Below are positions 37,656 to 46,909 of a stretch of 46,909 nt of DNA, one piece after another. The DNA is from Octopus bimaculoides (taxonomy: Eukaryota). Both the position numbers and the translations under genes were made by a program. The notes beneath the pieces were generated by a model. That model was not told the DNA's origin and did not search any database. It was given only the letters and a program-made list of their open reading frames with translations. Position 1 is the first letter of the stretch. Each line of letters starts with the position of its first letter. The stretch covers positions 85,969,199 to 86,016,107 of the forward strand of contig NC_068987.1 in NCBI RefSeq assembly GCF_001194135.2. Reading direction: 5' to 3'.

Positions 37656-37807
37656 AACAACAAACAAGATGAGAACAAATATCAGTCGAATGTAAATAAT
37701 GTACACGATTCCTCATCTCTTAAATATAGAACTGTAAAAGTCATTCTTTTTCTGTTTTCAAATATACCTCAGTGAACCGAAGATCTCACATTTTCCAATA
37801 TATGTAT

Positions 37808-38085
37808 TCTTTTACTTATTTCAGACATTTGACAGCGGCTATGCTGGAGCACCGCATTTAGTCGAACAATTCGACCCCAGAACTTATTGTTTGTAATCGT
37901 AGTACTTATTCTATCATTCTCCTTAGCCGAACCGCTAGGTTATGGAGAAGTAAACACACCGGCATCGGTTTCAAGCGATGGTGGGAGACAAACGCACACA
38001 CACACGCACATATATATGTGTGTGTTCAGTCCCGACTGAAACCGAAACCATGTGGTCGGTAAGCAAGCTTCTTACAACACAGCCA
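37808..38085 (-). mobile_element. tRNA-derived SINE, family A, with an internal deletion
   Basis: TTCTTTTACTTATTTCAG...GCTATGCTGGAGCACCGC...; after the microsatellite it jumps directly to TTCAGTCCC...GTAAGCAAGCT.CTTAC.ACACAGCCA. Confidence 0.85.
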
Positions 38086-39174
38086 ATGCATGTACATATA
38101 TACAAACGGAACATGTTAGCAATTAGCTATGTTGATAGATAATTAGATACATAGACAAACAAACGAAGAAATAATTAGATATGTGTGTCCATAAAGGTCC
38201 ACAGGAAGTCAAAAATAGTATTCGATTACAGAAATTAGCGTAAAAGCTGTTGTTGACAAATTTCCGATTGTTACATTGTACTTTCTGTAATATATCATCA
38301 AAAGATTTTTTGAAGCAATAAAATTATCTTAAGGTCTCTTAAATGATGTGGTGAGGATTTGTTCACAGACAAGAAAATTGATATTTAGAGTTGATTGGAC
38401 AGGATTTCTGGTCATTTCAGAGCTAATGAAATTGGGTTGGAGATATGATTAACCGGTGATAAAAAGCAACATAAGCTATAATAACGTGTGGAATTTATTT
38501 CAAGAAAGTCAAGTGTCGTACAATATAGTAGGAAAAGAGTTATATCTGCAGCCGAGTAAAATTCCAGGAAAGAAGAGTTTAGAACTGATGAAGCGTATTC
38601 GTAGCAAACTACGTTAAAAATATAAGTAAAACTATAATGAAAGAACAGTAACAAAAAGTTAGAAACGCTGGTTCAATAAATAATGAAATACTGAAATACA
38701 TTATTAAAGAAATAAACGAATTTGGTTGGAAATATACTGAGTTTGTTCAATAAAAAAGCTAAGATAATAAGCAGGAGATATTAAAAATCAGATGATATAT
38801 CTATTTTACAAATGGAATTGTCTGTGTTGTTATTCAGCAACGATCAATCGTATCTTCTATAAAGTTTATAAGTCATAATTCTTTCTGATATTCTTAAAAG
38901 TATTGCTTGATTAATTGCCCACTAACCCTCACAGCAGATGTATGGTTTTCTTCCAAACATTCAATCTACTTTCAGATACGTGAAATTACAAGTAATAATT
39001 TGAATAACTCGTTTTTTTTTATATATATATTTTACTGTACGTTCTGTAGCCGGGTAGACATTTCTCCACCTATATTTATATATACACACAAGACAAACAC
39101 ATACATTCATTCACGGACACACACACACGCACACACAGAATCACATCAATTCTTTCATTAACTAAGAGCCATAT

Positions 39175-40580
39175 ATGAAAGAAAAAGAGACTGTGTTATC
39201 AAAGATACAGTATTTAAAATCCTAATTGAGGAAACAAAAGGCTTTAGACGCGGAACGTAATTGTGTTGATCCTCATTTCATTCGACGTGGCGAAACAATA
39301 TATCAGACACAATGTAGCTTCAGATCGTCAAAGAAAGCTGCAGCCGTTAAACAGGAGAATATTTCAAAAGAGATCTTTCCACTTATAAGAAATATTAAAT
39401 TCCGGAAATGATCTTAAATGGTAATTGGCAGTGTCTTCAAAATCTAAAGAAAATCTTCTTCCCGTCTGAAAGAGCCAGAAACTTTCATACTGTCAACAGG
39501 AACTATTAGAATAGACTTCTCGCAAACAGTAACATACTCATACAAGAATTTTGAACGTAATTTGTACAATAGACTTAAACCAGTAGGAAGTAAAATGTCC
39601 AACAAGCTAAGCAAAATGCACCAGGTTGACATTATTATTGCACTCAAGGACCTCAAAATTAGTTTTCAGAACAACCGTAAATATAGGCTGTATAAAACAA
39701 GTAAGCTTTGAAATATATATATATATATAAGAAAGCACATCTTAGGAGCTATCTTGTTTGAATAAGGAATGTTATAAACTGTACATGTGGGTCAACGAGA
39801 GATTCGATATTAGGTAGTTTAATAACATTAACGATAAATGTAGTTTTCCCAGTCTAACATGATATATTTTTATTTTTCACTGAATCAACATCGTTTCTAA
39901 AAGCAATGAACTTTCTAAGAGCCTTTATGCTTATTAGTTACTTGGACATTGTTATAAACTTCCAAGCTAGGCAACCTTGATTGTTTTTGAGTGATTCAGC
40001 CAGGATTAAGGAAGGCGCTGTTGTATTTATTGATGTGCTTAAGGATGCATATGACGAAACCGATTTATTCATGCATATAGGTGCACATTCTACTGCATTA
40101 AGAATTAAAGAGAAATCGGGTTGTACACAGAGGCAATGGACTATTATCACTCGTAAGATTTAGTAAAGGTCTCATTGTATTCTTCCAACGTATCAATCTA
40201 AAAATCTCTATTAACACAAATCTTCCTATTGTTATCGTCATGGACAATACTTTAGATCTCAAAATTCGGAGTTTTGTGTTTTACTGGAAAGGTAATTAAA
40301 TACTATTATTCAAACACTGGCCTGGCAACCTTAGAATTATATTGTAAGTAGATCTGTTCAATTTGATGAAGCGTTATCAGTAGGCATAACCCTACTATAA
40401 TGATACACTCAAGAGCGCGGTTTCACAGAGCAGGTCTATTATTTGAAAATAGCTCCAAGGATCTCGTAGTAGTAAGGCTAGAAACATTTTTGTGGTTCAA
40501 TCCCATATGGAGAGTGAGTATAACGACTAAATTTATCGTGTAAAGTCTTCAACTTAATATCTAAGCATTCTCTAATGTAT
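39175..40580 (+). pseudogene. Decayed coding relic with Transib/RAG1-core-like transposase motifs
   Basis: One frame runs from ATG 39175 to 39709 with only 4 internal stops. A second open block spans 39981-40163. Ordered motifs: STALRIKEKSGCTQRQW, ILPTY, CY, VLLER*LNT, QSR, LVVVRLETFLWFNP, SCKVF. No TIRs or intact catalytic D found. Confidence 0.5.
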
Positions 40581-40649
40581 CATATGTTGCATAATGTTCA
40601 GTTGAATCAGGTAGTGTTGTTACAAGAATTTCGTCTTATTGTTGAGTTG

Positions 40650-40900
40650 GGCAATCATCTCCCTTGGGCAATCATTTCCCACTTTTTTTTTCAAGGTGCA
40701 AACAAGTGTGTACGTTGGCGATTTTCTTCCTCCGTCTTCCCTTCCATTGAACTTTCCTCTATTTCTGGGCGTCTGATAATACAGTACTTGTACAACTGTT
40801 TTACTCTTTGCTTATCAGCGATTAACTCCAAATCATACTCCATATTCACATGGGTTGAAGGTAAGGTTCAGGTGTTCCATAGTTTTGAGGAGTGTGGAAC
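40650..40900 (-). mobile_element. Possible RTE-clade LINE ORF2 relic
   Basis: The minus strand reads LIADKQRVKQLYKYCIIRRPEIEESSMEGKTEEENRQR (cf. GHIxRR..LE...MEGKxEGxRxRGRxR). Confidence 0.35.
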
Positions 40901-41025
40901 AACCTCTTAGCTACTATTGTGTCCAGGTCTACTATGAACCGGATTAGTAGCACTTGTCAGGTTCACGGCCGTGGGTTAACTACATATGTTATGACATTCC
41001 ATCAGAACTATATTTATGTGGTTAC

Positions 41026-41076
<51 letters not shown>

Positions 41077-41984
41077 TGTACACACGGTCAAAATACAGGT
41101 CGCTTGACATCTTCAACAAATCGTGATACCTAGACCAAACACCAATCAACTTAACTAATTTAGTAATATCATACACTGATTGGTCAGAATACAACTCACA
41201 AAAATTAATATTCTGGAGCCTTTACAAATGTAGTTAAGGCACAAGTTTAGCCACCATACTAAGGGTGTAAATTGTAAAACATAACTGTCATCGCTACAAC
41301 ATGAACCCGAAGATTGCATAGTTTAATACATGAAAGTACTAGTTCAATCAGAATGGACATCTATTATTCTAACATTTCCTTACGTTATATTATTTTATAT
41401 TATCATAAGATTGTAAATAAAACGTCAAAACCTAAGTTGGAATTCCTTTCAGTAATATATTCTTCTATACACAATCATATACACCCGAGTATACACACAC
41501 ACACAGACACACACATACACACATGTATACATACTATACACATGCATCTGTGTGTGTGTGTGTGTGTGTGGAATTGTCCAACATTCGATGCTTCTGAGAG
41601 AATTTTCGTAGAATTTTCATTTAATTGTTCCGGGGAACTGAAATGAGAGTAACAATCAACTGTAAATTAGAAAAACGCGAAATCTTGAGTAATATTTTCA
41701 GGGTTTGTCTGATCTAAGTTAAAATTATTCACTTTCTTGTACGATTGGCTGGCATAAACGCTGGTTGATTTATCTTGAGTTATCTCAGGTTGAATCAAAG
41801 GAAAATATACACACATACATGCATACATACATATTTATATATATANNNNNNNNNNCATATATGCTTGTGTGTATGTATGTATTTCTGTATAAACATGCAT
41901 ATATGCATATATGCACATATACACATAGGCATTTATACTCAGTTACACATACACGCAAACGCAAACACGCCATACACAAACATA

Positions 41985-42042
<58 letters not shown>

Positions 42043-42400
42043 ATGTGTGTGTGTGTGTGTGTTCGTGTGTGTGTGTATGTGTGTGTCTGTGTGTGTGTAT
42101 ATATATATAAGTATATAGGTATAAACATGTATGCGCGTTTGTGTGTGAAAACATAACAATGTGTATATGGGCGCTTCCATATTATATATGAATACGTGTG
42201 TGCAACTGTATAATAAATGCATGCAGACGTACAGACATATATATTTTCTTTTATCACTTTTTGTATAAGCATGGAATCATAAAAATGAGAAAATTTTCTA
42301 TCTGTGCGCATCATTGCTTTAGATATTCGCATACGATTTATTATTTTCACCATTCTTTATTGAAAATATCGTATACATACATACATGCATACATACATAT

Positions 42401-42443
<43 letters not shown>

Positions 42444-42943
42444 NNNNNNNNNNNNNNNNNNNNNNNNNNNNNNNNNNNNNNNNNNNNNNNNNNNNNNNNN
42501 NNNNNNNNNNNNNNNNNNNNNNNNNNNNNNNNNNNNNNNNNNNNNNNNNNNNNNNNNNNNNNNNNNNNNNNNNNNNNNNNNNNNNNNNNNNNNNNNNNNN
42601 NNNNNNNNNNNNNNNNNNNNNNNNNNNNNNNNNNNNNNNNNNNNNNNNNNNNNNNNNNNNNNNNNNNNNNNNNNNNNNNNNNNNNNNNNNNNNNNNNNNN
42701 NNNNNNNNNNNNNNNNNNNNNNNNNNNNNNNNNNCATACAACTATGTGTACGTATACGTAGACTTCCTTACACATGTGCATTGAAGCCCACAAACAAACA
42801 AACACACATAGAATAACATGGTTGACTTGTTAAAATATTTAGAACCAACGAACCGGAACGACCCAATGTCCTATAATGTTTAATATATTTGCGGCGGCGC
42901 GCGCAAGTATAAAGACTTACGTGTGTGCTTATGTGTCGTCTTT

Positions 42944-43000
<57 letters not shown>

Positions 43001-43459
43001 GGTGTGTTCGTAAAAGAGTCTGAACTTCAAACTCTCACCCGGTATATTACCATACCCGGAAAAATATGTTTAACGAAACCATAACATTATAGACTCCAAA
43101 GAATCAGCGTGGTAGTATAAAGCATAATAAACGTATGCACCACTGATTTCTATATAACGCCTCAAATACAATACAATAATGGCTCCTATAAAATTGATTT
43201 TCAGTTGTTAGATACTAAACTACAAGGAGAGATTTTGTCTTTTTTTTTTTCATGAATTGAATAGACCCCAGTATAATTCTGATATTTATGATATCGATAT
43301 GATCATAATGAATTAGTGAGGTAGGAAATTTATAAATCGATAAATGGCATGTATTGATTTTAAAATATTGCACAAGGCAACACATTTGAGAATTGTCGTA
43401 TACGATTTGACTAAATTTCACCGTAATAATAATTTCAATTTTTACCCCCACCCCACCGG

Positions 43460-43642
43460 CCAGCATGTTCGGTAGATGGGGTAAGTGGAGTGCATAGACT
43501 CTAGTGCTCAACTGGTATTATTCTATCAACCTGAAAAGTAGAAAGCCAAATTCAACACCGTCGGCATTTGAACTTACTACGTAAAGGTGGACGAAATCCT
43601 GTTTAGCTCGTTGCTCAACGTACAAAGAATTCTGCAAGCTCT
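43460..43642 (-). mobile_element. SINE family B, strongly diverged
   Basis: GGCCAGCA...CTCAACTGGTA...CGGCATTTGAACT.ACTACGTAAAG..GACGAAAT...ATTCTGC.AGCTC. Confidence 0.6.
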
Positions 43643-44164
43643 ATATTTCACCGTAATATGCAACATATTTCAGGAAACAGGGAACTGTAAACGAAAATAA
43701 CGTCTCATGTGGGGTTTGCATTCTGGCCACAAAATTACAATGTATCCAGAGACATATGCTGAATTGTTGCGATTTGACTACTTTCACGACCTTAAGTCTA
43801 ACAGTTATAAGCATAGATGAATAGGATATTCAAACATCAAGCTGTATGCCTTTTATTCACGTGATTTTTGGCGATATCTAGTCAGCATTAGAAAATCTAT
43901 GAACGTCTTGCTTGCTTAATTTTTTCAAAAGTTAAACTGGAGCAAAATCTGCTTTCTTGATTTGAGCTTCGAATGATTTGTTGTCAGGTTAGAAAAGAAT
44001 ATATGTAAGTCATGAATATATTGATAACGTTTTCGTTGTAAAAGTATTAGTTATCTAAAGTTTAATTGTTATATTTTGACGATGGTGCGAACATTTGCTG
44101 TGCTAGCAGCACCGCTTGAAATTTCTTCCTTGGATCGGTACAATATTTTTCATGATTAAAGATA

Positions 44165-44378
44165 TAGGTTCTAAATTTTGGCACGAGGCCATCAATTTAT
44201 AGGAGATTGGATAAATCGATTCCATTAATCCCAGTTATCAGATAGTACTTATTTCATCGACTCCGAAATGATTGAAAGCAAAATCTACGTCGGCAGAATT
44301 TGAACTCAAGCCGTGAAACAGACGAAATGCCGCTAAGCGTTCCTCCGGAGTGCTAGCGTTCCTGCTAGCTCACGGCCT
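44165..44378 (-). mobile_element. SINE family B
   Basis: AAATTTTGGCACGAGGCC...GTACTTATTTCATCGACTCCGAAA...GAATTTGAACTCA...GACGAAATGCCGCTAAGC...GCTAGCTCAC.GCC. Confidence 0.8.
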
Positions 44379-45194
44379 TCCGTGATTAAAATATTGCCGT
44401 ATAAGATGCCTAAGTATCTTGATTTGTGTGCTGCAAGCTGTAACAAGAGGAGCTGCAAAATTATATGTTTGATAATGCAGAAAAAATATTGATGAAATAC
44501 TAAAAATACATCTTAAAAATTGGTAATTCTCAATGAACAAATAATGCATTTCATAATTATATGTGATTAAACTATTTACATTCTTAGGATAAACTAGATA
44601 AATCATTTACCTCAATAGTTTAGTCTTTAAATTTTCTTTACATACATGAATTAGACCTTATATTTTGAATGATTCTGAACGGTTTTGACACAAGCAAGAA
44701 AATGTCGGCAGTTACTTAGCCACAGAACGGTTATTCAAGACAATATGCTGGTTTTACTTCTAAACCTAGGAACAAGCTGAACTCTGCGACAACAGTTTTG
44801 TTGAATATATATTTGCATAAAGTACATGTTATTTTCCCATAAATCTTTTGTTGTTCTTCAGAAGTAAAATACTCGGACGTCTATTCGTAAAGAAAGAAAA
44901 AAAAGTGATATGGTGTCTACATAAATAATGTTGATAATGAATGAAAGCTATAAGGTGTGATAGGCTTGTGTGTGTGTGCGCGCGTGTGTATGTGTGCGTG
45001 TGCGTGTGTGTGTGTGCGCGTGTGTGTTTGTGTGTGTGTGCGTGTGTGTGCGTATCTGTATGTATGCATGGATGTGTAAACGCTATTAAATAACATTCAT
45101 TTGTAAACTACTTTTCGAAAGTAAATAGCATGTAATAACTGAAGCCAGACGAATAAATCGTTTTGAAATCTGGTATATGTAGATTGCTATACTG

Positions 45195-45295
45195 TCCATG
45201 GATTCTAGCATTTTCCATGGTCTCTAGCATTTTCCATGGATTCTAGCATTTTCCATGGATTCTAGCATTTTCCATGGTTTCTAGCATTTTCCATG
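45195..45295. repeat. 19-bp minisatellite, about 5.3 copies (TCCATGGATTCTAGCATTT)
   Basis: Units start at 45195, 45214, 45233, 45252, 45271 and 45290 (partial). Confidence 0.95.
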
Positions 45296-46575
45296 ACTGC
45301 CTAATATTTACGTATTTTTTTTACATTTGTACGGATTGGAATTAGGTGTCCGTTTTTCATTTTAGCCGAAATAAAATTTGTAACATCAGGTGTGTGAGTT
45401 GTGAAGGTCGTTAAGATTAACTTGGCCTACTTCGTATCTTTTGCCATAATGTAGTCAAGTTGGGGTTTTTAACAATGCAATAATTTGATTTAAAATACTT
45501 GCATTATGAGATTTAAAACAGTGCGATAATTTAGATGAAGATAATTAAAAAATGAGTTGAAGTTTAGACAGATTTTGATTTGTATTTCTCATTAAAAATG
45601 AAATTCAGGACAATGTTTCTTTTACATTCCTAGACACATACTGACTATAACTTTGAACGTGAGTTAAATAAAACATTCTTCCAAACTTCTTTATTAAAAA
45701 TATTTCTTGATCACATTTGTCGTAAAGAGCTAATAAGCGCAATAGGGAAATTAACATTAGCATATGATAGGAATGGTTAATATTCTTCGTGGGGCCTGGT
45801 AACTGTCGAAAGTGAGACAATTATTATTCACAATATATAACAATAGATATGAAAGGTGCCACTGTCAAATGAATCAAGTGCTCCGTAACCTCGTTTCCAA
45901 AAACAAATTAACAATCTCTCAACCAGCTCATCACTTTACAATTTATTTAATAACATTTCTAAATGATATTATTGGTCACTTATCGATAGGCACTCATTGA
46001 TTCTTATTGCAATTGTCCCTAATAACAATATGTGCTGCTTCGGTTCTATATTTGGCAACGAGCATTGAAAAAAATAAGGATACCTTGAATTAATTACTAA
46101 AATTTCGCTGACCATTCTAAACTAATGATTAAAGCTACTAATCTGCTACAAAAATACGTGAATACATGACTGTTACGTATATCTAATCCCATATTTATTT
46201 GTACTTGAATATATAAACACGTTCATAAAACAGTACCTCACCACATTTATAGCAAATACAATACTTTGATTTTCTGACAATTTCCATGCACGATTCGAAA
46301 GAAAACAAGACTTAATTGCGAAAGAAGTGGATTGTAACACAAGGGATGTACAGGAACATAATATGAAAATAGACGAATCACGATATAATTTTTTTTATTT
46401 TCTGATGAACACACATTGACTAAAGTGTACTACGGTACATTTACTCGTGCGCTGTTCTATAATAAAACTACATTCAATGATATTGAGTAAAAGTACACAG
46501 CGCTAGTACATTTCAATATATTTGGCAACTAAACAACTGACATATATAAAGTAAGTAAGAATTTATCTTGTGTGC

Positions 46576-46611
<36 letters not shown>

Positions 46612-46909
46612 NNNNNNNNNNTCGAAGCTCGTTATGTAGTCATGTGGTTTCATTGTACGGCAACCTTCAGTAAATGTCTCCTACAATTGCACATAACGCG
46701 ACCAATACCTTTTAATAAGTGAAATTGTTTGACGGAAATTGTGAGAAACGTAGTACTACACATATATATGTTTCAGCATGAAACGTATAAAAGATTATAT
46801 ACAAATAAATAAATAAATAAATAAATAAATAAATATATATATATATATATGTTAATTCTCTAAATGAAGTATTAACAGTAACTGCACGATAAAGTGTAGT
46901 ATATTGCCA

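Larger units (their letters stand above)
37398..37683. mobile_element. Penelope-type inverted terminal structure with hammerhead-like cores and an internal 18-bp tandem array
   Basis: The left arm (about 37398-37470) is the near reverse complement of the right arm (about 37610-37683): GATATTTGT(C/T)CTCATCTTGTTTGTT...TTTCGGCTGATA..CTCCAGCCTTC. Confidence 0.75.

Noticed and set aside
37261-37775. ORFs with MKAGHL / PDEGWT / SSLHQV peptide repeats; CRISPR-like appearance
   Set aside because: The 18-bp unit is a multiple of 3 and stop-free in several frames, so peptide repeats arise automatically. There are no spacers, so it is not CRISPR. It is better explained as an amplified hammerhead half-core.
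38580-38615. Additional CTGATGA words (11820, 38584, 46402) as hammerheads
   Set aside because: No intact GAAA box, or no stem I/II pairing. A 7-mer of this kind occurs by chance at this scale.
39444-40150. Minus-strand Helitron helicase reading (LLPTG..., ILNAVE...) of ORFs 39444-39656 and 39938-40150
   Set aside because: The match to the PIF1 motifs is much poorer than the true helicase fragment at 16840. The S/L/I-rich composition looks like antisense of the plus-strand frame, which has more ordered motifs.

Overview
AT-rich, microsatellite-saturated eukaryotic DNA with about a dozen N-gaps, most flanked by (TA)n-type microsatellites, which is typical of a short-read assembly. The SINE families and microsatellite load look like an octopus/cephalopod genome; this is inferred from recognition, not from a search. 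I cannot support any intact host protein-coding gene. Nearly all ORFs in the supplied track are microsatellite, N-run or repeat artefacts. The window is a patchwork of mobile-element relics: more than 20 tRNA-derived SINE copies from at least 4 families, RTE-clade LINE 3' ends (one family with three C-terminal C2H2-like fingers), two tandem R4/Dong-like RLE retrotransposon relics, an internally deleted Helitron, a mariner-type MITE and foldback elements. The most interesting items are: (1) a decayed Transib/RAG1-core-like reading frame at about 39.2-40.6 kb, with a possible phase-1 intron; (2) Penelope-type inverted repeats carrying minimal hammerhead-ribozyme cores (627-911, and 37398-37683, where half of the core is amplified 8 times in tandem); (3) a 196-bp, 100% identical inverted duplication (31364-31559 / 33040-33235) that interrupts a SINE. 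All protein and RNA family assignments come from motifs compared by eye with remembered consensus sequences and need HMM/CM confirmation.
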